Assembly (NCBI GenBank): GCA_041739995.1
Contig: JBGSMV010000024.1
Coordinates: forward strand, 1 to 64,000
Direction of reading: 5' to 3'
DNA: 64,000 bases
DNA from: Bdellovibrionota bacterium
GTDB lineage: Bacteria > Bdellovibrionota_C > UBA2361 > JBGSMV01
The number at the start of each line of letters is the position of its first letter. Position 1 is the stretch's first letter. The notes below the pieces were generated by a model. That model was not told the DNA's origin. It worked only from the letters and a program-made list of their open reading frames with translations, and searched no databases. A program made the position numbers and the translations under genes. Positions 9,936-18,840 of this stretch are shown here, piece after piece.

Positions 9936-10387
9936 GCGGCAACATTCCTCCGAATAGGTCCCAAAATCCTTGCGACCTACACCACTCGAGCCACCTCCCC
10001 ATGAGGTGGCACACCCTATCTATCGAAGTCGTCGTAGGAGGAGTTCCGATAAAGAGGAATCGGGTTGGCTGGAAGAAATGCGAAGTTCCACTTCGAGAAA
10101 CTCGGATATAAATACTCTACTTTCGATCCAAAGGAGGGATTTTCAGCAGCTCAAAAATTTTATCCATTGCGGGGTACCGCACGAGCCGTTACCTTCTGCT
10201 CGTGACGGATCCGCAGCTCGCACATGTTGGAGCAGCGCTTTTTGATCGCTTAAATGTTTCCCACAAGAAACAACACGCGCGCAGAAGGAGTAGAGGGAGG
10301 GGGCATGTGGTACGTGCTCACTCCCTTTTTTCTGGCTTTTTTCCTGGCTTTTTTCCTGGCTTTTGGGGGTACTCGCCCTTAAGGAGA

Positions 10388-11926
10388 CTATCGAGCAAGC
10401 GCGTAGCGCCTTAAGGTCTCAGCAATCGATTTGACGGTGGGTCTCTCATTACCCACCTCAGTTCCAGTCTGGGCTATCTTCTCAAACTCACCCTGCAACT
10501 TTTCCAACGCAACCTTCCCATCTAGCCGCTCAAGGACCCAACGCTTGTCATCTGAAAGCACCACCGACTGATGCAAGAAATTCGGCACCTCCATGCGCTC
10601 CTTAACCAAAAGTTGTGCAATAGGATGCGCCCGCACACTTCCAGTATTGGCCGCCGGCACAGGGTTTTCTGTTCGAACCAGCGCCACACCCTTCGCCACA
10701 GCGCCAACGAGACCTGAGAGCACTCTCACCTCAAAATCTGCAGGCGCCGCTGGGCCTAAGCGAAGCTTCACCTTACTAGCCAACTGCTTAACGCTGCACA
10801 TGCTTGGCCAAACCTCTTGAAGCTCCAGTAAAACAGCCGCACCTATAGGATCCTTGATTTTAAGCCCCAAGCGAGAACTCACCGAAGAGAATTCGAGTTC
10901 CTTATCAAGCTCGGCGCCACGCAAAGATCGCTGTCCCGCATCGGCAGCCCGCAACGCAAATGGCGAAGTAATGAAAATTTGTTCGACTGCCGGTAAATCG
11001 ACCTTAGCGAGAGGAGTCAAAGCTTGGTGACAAACAAGCGCCTGCCGAAACCCTCGCCCCACGATAAAATCAAGATACTGCTCGAGGCGCTCGCGACTGT
11101 TCACCGCTAAAGCAAGAACTTGCTTTTGAGCATCTGGGGAAAGGCCATCAAGCTGCAAAGTCCCCGCACTGGCATCTGCCACATACTTGAGACCCTGAGC
11201 TCCGGCCTCTTCCACAAATTGACTAAAAAGCAGCGGATGATTCTCTTGCTCAAGATAATCATGAAGAAAGTGTGAAACGTCTTGTCTGCGCACATTCTCA
11301 AGCTCTGCCCCCAGCAGCTTTGAATAGAGAGAGTCCTTTTCTGGTTGCACGGCAGTAAGAAAGTTCAAAAAACTCGCTGCGCCTTTTACGCGCTGCTCCG
11401 GATCTGTCAGGTTCTGGGTGTGAAACCGCATGGCCTCCCGCGCGATGAGTTTGAGATGGGCGCCCGGAAAGACGTTAAACCCAAGGTAAGCAAACCCGGT
11501 CGGCTTAAGTAGGCCTGCAATGCCCCGCATGACCTGTTCACGCACCTTTGGCGAAACCCACGATATCAATCCGTGTGCGATGATATAATCAAAAGGTTCA
11601 AGCTTCGGAGTACTTCGAGCAAGGTCGTGCTCAAGGAACTGACAGTTGCGAAGCCCCGCACGCGTCGACAGCTCCTTCGCAAGAGAGATCTGAACGGCGC
11701 TCGAATCTATGCCCACAAAGGTCGCACGCGGACACGAATACGCCATAGGAACGAGGTTTCCCCCAATTCCACAGCCAAGCTCTAGTACTCGCGCCGTCGC
11801 TACTACAGGAGCGGTAAAACCACTTATAAGGGCAATCGCCCCGATATGTGCTGGGTGCGAAAACCCATAACACCGCGAGCGGTATGGAACGTTCTCAAGA
11901 TTTTGCTTTAGTGCTTCGCCTGCCAC
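10388..11926 (-). CDS. Class I SAM-dependent methyltransferase with methyltransferase regulatory domain
   Basis: VLELGCGIGGN, FDYIIAHGLISWV, HDYLEQENHP, EQYLDFIVGRGFRQALVCH. Confidence 0.88.
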   Translation of the reverse strand: MAGEALKQNLENVPYRSRCYGFSHPAHIGAIALISGFTAPVVATARVLELGCGIGGNLVPMAYSCPRATFVGIDSSAVQISLAKELSTRAGLRNCQFLEHDLARSTPKLEPFDYIIAHGLISWVSPKVREQVMRGIAGLLKPTGFAYLGFNVFPGAHLKLIAREAMRFHTQNLTDPEQRVKGAASFLNFLTAVQPEKDSLYSKLLGAELENVRRQDVSHFLHDYLEQENHPLLFSQFVEEAGAQGLKYVADASAGTLQLDGLSPDAQKQVLALAVNSRERLEQYLDFIVGRGFRQALVCHQALTPLAKVDLPAVEQIFITSPFALRAADAGQRSLRGAELDKELEFSSVSSRLGLKIKDPIGAAVLLELQEVWPSMCSVKQLASKVKLRLGPAAPADFEVRVLSGLVGAVAKGVALVRTENPVPAANTGSVRAHPIAQLLVKERMEVPNFLHQSVVLSDDKRWVLERLDGKVALEKLQGEFEKIAQTGTEVGNERPTVKSIAETLRRYALAR

Positions 11927-11966
11927 TTTCTATTCATGCCTCAAACAACGTCAGAAACACAACGTA

Positions 11967-12109
11967 CTAGTGTCCTGAGTTAAGAGTTCGATGAATAATT
12001 CTCGCCGAGCTCGCTGCTCTCTTTGTGAATGTATTTAAGGAATTACACAATGAGCTCCGCGAGAACAACGAGAAAAATACTTTAATGAACTTCTGACTCA
12101 GCACACTAG
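11967..12109 (-). repeat. MITE family A (IS630-like ends), copy 1
   Basis: CTAGTGTCCTGAGT ... ACTCAGCACACTAG (13/14 inverted match) with CTAG at both ends. Homologous to 21531-21665, 24373-24515 and 50890-51008. Confidence 0.88.
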
Positions 12110-12276
12110 ACGAGAGGCTGACGTTTGCACCCCACGGAACTGGCAAGACAAGTGGGTCGGTTGTTTCTGGCAACGTGCTTTGGTCTGGAATCTTCACAGA
12201 GTGTGTGGATAAAAACTCGCCTCTCACAGGGGTCGTCTACGAATGAAAACTTTGAAAAATGAAAAAAGTAGAAGGC

Positions 12277-12312
12277 AAAAAAAAGCGCGGCGCAGGTTGC
12301 CCTGCGTCGCGC
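12277..12312 (-). terminator. Intrinsic terminator of the candidate large ncRNA
   Basis: Minus strand GCGCGACGCAGG-GCAA-CCTGCGCCGCGC-TTTTTTTT: 12-bp stem with one mismatch, GNRA loop and U8. Confidence 0.85.
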
Positions 12313-13225
12313 ACATGTCGGAACCATGAATCTTGTGACGGACCCACCATTCTAACTTTCGCCGCGGACGTTGACTCCGTGATGTCCAAAGATCCGAAGA
12401 CCTAAGAACCAGGAGCATATCGACCCGAAGCGGGAGGAGGAACGACCGTGAGTTGCCCACCTTTCAAGATCGGGTGACGTGCGGGGACGAGGATTAACCC
12501 ATCCTTCCGGCCTTCTACGCTCACCTAACCCCAGTGGCCGCTATGAACGACCTCAGAAGTACAAAACACACGATGCAAGTTTCCTAAAGCTTGATCGCCC
12601 CGAAGCAAAGAGTTCTCACCGACAAGTCGGATCGCCCTGCCCTACCTCGACTATAACCACCACTTCCACCGAGCCTTCGTTTACGGGTTACCCCTTATTG
12701 AAGTCTCACATTCGAGGGAAGATACCTCGAACATCTATTCCCCAAAGAGACACTCTCTTCTCTCCAGAGGTTCCACCTGCCTTTCGACAAGCGACGCGAT
12801 TCCCATGGGGTCACGCGCTCTCCCGAATCATGCTGACCTTCGAGAGGAACTGCATCTTTATGAGAGACCACCTTTCGGCTCTCCCACCAGTAGGACACGT
12901 CTCGGTGTCCAGAGTTTCCAGCATTCGACTTCTCGTTTCCGAGAAGGTCATCATTTCTGACAACACGCTCTTTCGAGCGCCCCACCCTTTCAGGCGCCTC
13001 TTCCTCTTCAGGAAGTACTGTCGATGCCAGTGCGAGTCCCGATCAAGACCCGCACCGAGCTAGCGGTTCCATCAACTATAAATAATTATGGCCACCAGCT
13101 TTTCGTCCGACGACAAGTGGCTGTTTCATCCCCTTGTCTGTTGAAACCAGTCTCTTGCGAGCTTCGGTTCCAAGGACGACGTATGTAAGTGCTGAGTTAC
13201 AAGCAATTTTGCTTTCCTCAACCTG
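12277..13225 (-). ncRNA. Candidate large (~950 nt) structured non-coding RNA, family unassigned
   Basis: No credible protein ORF. About nine GNRA-capped hairpins and a C(UUCG)G hairpin, all reading correctly only on the minus strand. Multi-way junctions and long-range helices (12845-12856 with 12572-12585; 13065-13070 with 12320-12325). Bounded by a promoter-like site and a terminator. Confidence 0.72.
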
Positions 13226-13231
13226 ATTGTT

Positions 13232-13260
13232 GATGTACGCCCGCGCGCGAAAGAACTCAA
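13232..13260 (-). promoter_or_regulatory. Possible sigma70-type promoter for the ncRNA
   Basis: TTGAGT-17 bp-TACATC on the minus strand; the -10 is imperfect. The predicted start (~13225) falls just before the first hairpin (13222). Confidence 0.35.
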
Positions 13261-14430
13261 GGAAACTCGAACGACTTGCACACGAGCATAAAGGAAATTT
13301 TTTCCTGCGGGATTGCCCGAGTTATCAACAGTGTTGAAAAGTTTGCTAGCTTGCGGGAAACAAGCCACACTAACTTTAAGAGATTTTTAGTTGAGCATCT
13401 TTAGTCAATATAAGTAATTGCAAACGCTGGTTGATTGTCACTCTCTTCGCTTGCCAAGCTCGGAAATAGCTTGTTCCTCTGCCTCCCATACATGCTAGTT
13501 ATTGAAGGCCATTACATTTTGGGGTGGGTAGAGGAACGTGTAACGCACTCTTCGAGGACGCGTCATTGATAGACGCGCCTAGTGGATTGCGACGACCGAG
13601 CATAATGGTTTTTGCTTGTGAATCCCTTTCCTCACGGAGCCCTTTTTACTTCACTCCTCCCTCCTCCTGAGTCGGCGATGGGGTCTGTTTCGCAGTGATC
13701 GCCTGCTGTCCCGTCACACGAGTGACGAGCAAGCTGTGGCGGGAGCGGAACAGCCCCATCGTCGGCCGGGATATTAGGAAACTTCTCGACAAGTTTGGAT
13801 CTCTCTCCCGGAGAAGCCCTTGCACTTCCCCTGCGACGGCTTCTCACGTGCACACCGCGCTCGACGAGTATTCGAGCGCGGTGCTTTTTCCTGTATTGGT
13901 TGGAGTAAGTAGCTCGCAGACTGACCCTATCTGCCGGCGAACCCTGGTCGAGTAGCTCTCGACCAGGGTTGCCTCTTACGTAGGATTTCCCAGGAAAATC
14001 ACCCTTCTTTTCACGGTTCTCCGTGCGCAGGGGGGGTGCGCGACCACACCACAGCGGTTTGAGTCTTGATGCTTTGAACTGTCCCGGATACTGCCCTTTA
14101 GTCTCCGCGTCCGTCACACCCCGAAAACCTCTGCACACAGGTGCTGAGTCAATCGAGCTGGGACGCTCCGCGTGGAGGCACCTGTGCACTGGGCATCCCG
14201 ATGGTCTTCGTGTCGAAACTCATTAGTTCTTTGAGCTACTCTCTCCGCAAGGTGCCTTAGGCCTTGGAGCTCATTAAGGATCCGCTCGGTCGCGCATCCT
14301 CCCCTTTTCTCTTCCTCTTTTTGCTTCGCGATATGCAACTTTGAGCCTTTGGTGACTACTTCACGTGACACCTAGCTCGATGCACACGTTTCCTCGCGTT
14401 GAACATATGCTCTATGAGGCTAAAACGAGA

Positions 14431-15360
14431 TCACTCAACAGGCGCAGCAGTCGCCTCAAGATAAGTCTGCTCAAGACTGCGAACGCTCTCCACACCCAGC
14501 ACTCCGACTTTGTGTCGAAACAACCAAAAGAGCACGCGACTATTCACCTCAGGAATCTGAAAATCGCCAGGATTAAAATTCACCAATAGCAATCGGCTCT
14601 CCGGGCGCGAGAACGAGAATTCAGGAAAGTGGCTAATTATTTCCGTCATATCCAACACGCCATCGTCGAGCCGAAAGGTAATGCGAGAGCTTTCCACCAA
14701 CAACTCCTTAAGCGCCCCCTGCCTCACTATCCGCCCATGATCAATCATCACCACGTGATCACACATCAGCTGCAGCTGGCTCAAATCGTGAGAACTCACC
14801 AGCACCGTAGTCGACCCGCGTAGTACATCGATGGTCGACCGAAACTGCTGCACCATCTTAGGGTCCAGCCCCTGCGTGGGCTCATCAAGCAGCACAAGCG
14901 GTGGTCGCCCCACCAGCGCTTGGGCCACCCCGAGGCGCACCTTCATACCGTGAGAGAGACTGGAGACAAGTTCGCCTGCTCTATCTTGAAGCTGCACAAG
15001 CTTGAGCACGCGCTCAGCCTCGCTGTTCGCTTCCAGTCGCGGAAGACCGGCAAGGCGCGCAAACATGACTAAATGACGCTCCACCGACCGGTTCTCGAAA
15101 TACAGTACGTCCTGCGGAAGCACACCGATCAAACCGCCGCTTGAGCGGTACTCGCGCAATTCCTCACCCTGAACTTTGATTGTTCCTCGATCAGGGCTAA
15201 AAAATCCCCCAACTAGAGAAAAGGTAGTGGTCTTCCCGGCCCCGTTCGCACCAACGAAAGCCGTGATCGAGCCCTCGGGGACAGAAAACGACACCCCGTC
15301 TAAGGCGACACGCTTTCCGTAGCGTTTATGCAGGTCTGAAATCTCAAGAGCTGCTACCAT
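14431..15360 (-). CDS. ABC transporter ATP-binding protein
   Basis: Walker A GANGAGKTT, signature LSHGM, Walker B LLDEPT and SSH switch. Confidence 0.93.
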   Translation of the reverse strand: MVAALEISDLHKRYGKRVALDGVSFSVPEGSITAFVGANGAGKTTTFSLVGGFFSPDRGTIKVQGEELREYRSSGGLIGVLPQDVLYFENRSVERHLVMFARLAGLPRLEANSEAERVLKLVQLQDRAGELVSSLSHGMKVRLGVAQALVGRPPLVLLDEPTQGLDPKMVQQFRSTIDVLRGSTTVLVSSHDLSQLQLMCDHVVMIDHGRIVRQGALKELLVESSRITFRLDDGVLDMTEIISHFPEFSFSRPESRLLLVNFNPGDFQIPEVNSRVLFWLFRHKVGVLGVESVRSLEQTYLEATAAPVE

Positions 15361-15373
15361 GCTACTACCATGT

Positions 15374-16222
15374 CTAAAGGGCTCTACGTCGAAAAAGCAG
15401 CCATCCACATCCGCCAAATAGAGCAGACCATCCGAGCATTCCACCGATAGCCAACCACTGATGTCCGAAAAACGGTGCGATAAGTCCTAGTGAGATCTTG
15501 GGCCAAAGTGGCGTGGCCCACGGAATGAAAAACACCAGACCAAAGAACAAGACCCATAAAAGATGTAAACGCACTACGGCATTCATTGGCTTTGAACTCC
15601 AGCATGAGACGAACTGAGTGCTGGCCACTAAGAACAGAAGGAACGGAACCATCGCCACCGCCATGAGCAAAACAGGTCGAGCATACCACTCAATCCTAAA
15701 CAGGGGATCTCGAAAAACTGAGAGCACTAACAGGACCGCAATGGAGATTACGTAAAGTATTAAATAGAGAATGAGGTGCGCGACCGTCTTCGAAACAAAA
15801 TATGCAAGCCGAGTCGTACGCAATAGAACGAAGCGAAGCGTGCCGCGGTACACATCGATTGCAATCATGTCGCAGCTGACCAACGCGACCAGAGTCGGAA
15901 ACCAAAGAAGGAATAAAAATTGAGAAATAACGACCGGCGAAGGCCACGATCCAAGCTCGGCGATAATGCGAGCGAGATCGCCAAATCCGTTTAGCTGAGC
16001 CCATTCTAGCAGGCGATTACGCTCCCCATTGCCGTCGTTAAAAAAGCCAAGGCTCGGGCGCAATCGCTCCTCGACGTAGGTCAGCGAAAGCATTACCGCT
16101 CCAATCACCGCGAGGTAAAGCAGCAGCGACAGCATCGCCCGACGTCGGAGCAATAGATCTCTCAGTTCCTCCTCAGTTAGGACTGCGACGTGGCGAACAA
16201 ATCTGCCGAAGGACGACGCCAT
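15374..16222 (-). CDS. ABC-2 type permease
   Basis: About six TM helices and a D..RGTLRFVLLR motif; adjacent to the ABC ATPase. Confidence 0.8.
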   Translation of the reverse strand: MASSFGRFVRHVAVLTEEELRDLLLRRRAMLSLLLYLAVIGAVMLSLTYVEERLRPSLGFFNDGNGERNRLLEWAQLNGFGDLARIIAELGSWPSPVVISQFLFLLWFPTLVALVSCDMIAIDVYRGTLRFVLLRTTRLAYFVSKTVAHLILYLILYVISIAVLLVLSVFRDPLFRIEWYARPVLLMAVAMVPFLLFLVASTQFVSCWSSKPMNAVVRLHLLWVLFFGLVFFIPWATPLWPKISLGLIAPFFGHQWLAIGGMLGWSALFGGCGWLLFRRRAL

Positions 16223-16316
16223 GCTCTCCTACATTGTCACGAGCGGTCGCTGACTCACTCGACTCGTTACCCATTCGCACCGGCTCCAGAACCGCTGCTG
16301 GACTTCCTGCATACCC

Positions 16317-16742
16317 TTAATGAATGACCACAGGGAAAAGTAACTCGAATCGAGGGATCTCCACTTCGAAAAATTCTCCATCTTCGGCTCTGAAGGTATA
16401 GGAGCCGTGCATCGACCCGTAGGGATCTTCAATTACCGCTCCGCTCGAATACGTAAAGGACTCCCCGGGTTTAAGCACGGGCTGCTCCCCGATAACTCCT
16501 GGGCCTACTACCTCTGCAAACTGCCTTTCCGCAGAAAGTACGACCCAGTGTCTTTCGAGCAACTGAGCAGTCTTATCGCTCAGATTCTCTATCGTCACGG
16601 TGTAGGAGAATGCGTAGCTATTCTCGGTTGGGCTTGATTCATTCGCCATGGGGGCTGGGGCGACTGAGACCTTGAAGTTGTGGCTCACCATAGAGTACCC
16701 CCCAACCTCAGACTTTGCTCCCTGACTTGTATCCTCAGTCAT
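16317..16742 (-). CDS. apaG: ApaG protein
   Basis: YAFSYTVTIEN, QLLERHW, VVGPGVIGEQPVL, GSMHGSY, IPRF. Confidence 0.95.
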   Translation of the reverse strand: MTEDTSQGAKSEVGGYSMVSHNFKVSVAPAPMANESSPTENSYAFSYTVTIENLSDKTAQLLERHWVVLSAERQFAEVVGPGVIGEQPVLKPGESFTYSSGAVIEDPYGSMHGSYTFRAEDGEFFEVEIPRFELLFPVVIH

Positions 16743-16969
16743 CCGAATCTCCTTCTATGCGGCAAATATAAGACGCAGCCCCGATCCACTCTCTAAAAAG
16801 TTGATAGGAGACGCAAGACACACTTATGCACCCTTGGCCTTGGATACCCCCTCAAAGCCCCTCACCTGGAGTTGAATGAAACAGTCTGCTATATCGGACC
16901 CTCAGACAATCGTCCAAGGATGTCTTTTTTGCGAAAGGCGCGATATTTTTATCGCTTGCAGGTCCGTTT

Positions 16970-17045
<76 letters not shown>

Positions 17046-17717
17046 TCGTTGACAGAGTCCATACCTGGCACATGATCGCGCCCAGTCAACGCGCGGGGAT
17101 GTCAGGGCAACCCCTTTTTCTGCCTAGGAGCGCATTCCAAAACTTGCCTGGCCAGTGAAATTGAGCGCTCCTCGCCTTGGATATTCTTGCCAAGCGCTAA
17201 AATACCCAGCAACGGATTCTTAAGAAAACGGTCATCGAAACTGAAACAGCCTGGAAGGCGCAGACGAGGAGCGAACGAGAGCAAGCTTGCGCAGCTACTG
17301 TCGTTTTGTGCCAACACCATTTGCACTCAAGCGAGTTCGCTTCCTGACCTAGCCGATGCTCAATCCATGGCGCCAACCCAATATTTTGTGCGGGACCGCG
17401 CCTTAGATGAAGCGGCAATAGGCTTTGTAACGTTCTCCTGCGTGAGGGCACTCATCCTATCCCGTACAGACCGATCTTCGGGCATCAGAATCTACCGAAC
17501 ACATCACTCATTCGGCACACCCCAACGGCGCCATGAATGCCGAGGTTATGGGCATGATGCGATTAAGACACTAATTCTGAAGACCCAACACTTGCGGACT
17601 CAAGGGCCGATTATTATCGCAACATTGCCGGAGTCTAATCTTTTGGTCATATCCAGGTCTTTTTCTGGCCCAGCGCTGTTGCATTCTATCCACTCGAACT
17701 AAGCTGTAAGAAAGTAG

Positions 17718-18731
17718 TTGCTTATGACTGAAAACTCAAAAATTGGCCGCAACATTCGCCTAACTCTGATACGACGGGTCGCACTGGCGGTCTTTATCGG
17801 GCTGCTTAGCTATACGACCTATAGGCTGCACAGATTTATTGATCGACCGATTTCAATCAAAATTAACCTATCCCATCCTGCCGAACAGATTTGTTTCGCG
17901 GCTTTGGGTGATACCGGCAGTGGAGACTCGAATCAAGCGCGGGTAAGCGAAGCACTACAGGGAGCATTCCGCCAAAGCCCCTTCGAAATGGTCCTATTAT
18001 TAGGTGATCAGTTTTATGGGAGCGGTGTTACCGACAAACTGGACCCACAATGGCAGACTAAATTCGAAGATATGTATCCTTTCTCGAAACTTCCGATCAA
18101 TTTCTATGCGGTGCTGGGGAACCACGACTATGACGGAAATATATGGGCGTCTATTGACCGATCTGATATCTCGACGCGATGGTCATCTCCCGGCAGATTT
18201 TATACCTTCACGTACAGCTTACCGAGTGGAGAGACCATCCAATTCTTTGCACTTGATTCTGCTGCGCTGACACGTTGGCATCGGCGCCTGGATAGCCAGC
18301 TCTCTTGGCTTGAATCAGAATTGGAAGAGTCCAGCGCAAACTGGAAAATTGTCTTTGGGCACCATCCAGTTGTTACTGATGGCAAACATCGAGAGTCTCG
18401 GCATGTCGTAGCAATGAATGATCAACTTAAACCGCTATTACAGCGTTTCGGTGTTCAACTATATATGAGCGGCCACGATCATAATCTTCAGTTTATCGAT
18501 GCTGGCGAAGGATTGTTCCAACTAATTAGCGGTGGCGGTGGCGCAAAGCTGCACGAGGTAATGCCATCCGCACATTCCCTCTTCGCTGCCAGCCAATTTG
18601 GCTTTACTCTCCTGTGTGCAGGAAAGGAGAAGTTAGATATTAAGATTTATTCAGATACCCAAGAATTACTTTTTAACAAAAGCCTGGACGCCAAGCCCAC
18701 GAGTCAACCGAAGCTGGCGCGGCGAGGTTGA
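17718..18731 (+). CDS. Metallophosphoesterase (purple/tartrate-resistant acid phosphatase-like), N-terminal anchor
   Basis: GDTG, LGDQFY, GNHDY, GHHP and SGHDH calcineurin-like motifs. Confidence 0.9.
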   Translation: MLMTENSKIGRNIRLTLIRRVALAVFIGLLSYTTYRLHRFIDRPISIKINLSHPAEQICFAALGDTGSGDSNQARVSEALQGAFRQSPFEMVLLLGDQFYGSGVTDKLDPQWQTKFEDMYPFSKLPINFYAVLGNHDYDGNIWASIDRSDISTRWSSPGRFYTFTYSLPSGETIQFFALDSAALTRWHRRLDSQLSWLESELEESSANWKIVFGHHPVVTDGKHRESRHVVAMNDQLKPLLQRFGVQLYMSGHDHNLQFIDAGEGLFQLISGGGGAKLHEVMPSAHSLFAASQFGFTLLCAGKEKLDIKIYSDTQELLFNKSLDAKPTSQPKLARRG

Positions 18732-18840
18732 AGGAGAATTTATCTTCCGAGAGGGCATTGCATCCCGCTCACTTAGATTACTGCCACAGTCTAGACGCAC
18801 GACCGATCTATACTGATTACTATTTCGCAAACTTAACCGA

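Noticed and set aside
10325..10364. Three tandem ~12-bp units TTTTTTCCTGGC; a similar short tandem CCTTAGTAGGCT occurs at ~41319-41355
   Set aside because: Short slippage-type repeats without spacers; not CRISPR and no evident function.
12277..13225. Group II intron, RNase P RNA, tmRNA or rRNA fragment as the identity of the large RNA
   Set aside because: No domain V hairpin or interrupted host gene, and the one GUGCG near the 5' end is buried in a local stem. No GAGGAAAGUCC core, no tRNA-like ends or tag ORF, and no universal rRNA motifs recognised.
12204..13440. Possible oriC: perfect DnaA box TGTGGATAA (12204-12212), near-boxes TTATCAACA and TGTTGAAAA (13322-13340), and an AT-rich patch at ~13370-13440
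   Set aside because: Only one perfect box, the boxes are 1.1 kb apart, and there is no dnaA/dnaN/gidA context. Genome-wide GC skew would be needed to revive the idea.
12479..14371. ORFs 12479..13063, 12695..12985, 13632..14189 and 14114..14371 as protein genes
   Set aside because: No recognisable motifs, R/S/P-biased composition and no good RBS. They are better explained as incidental frames over structured sequence.
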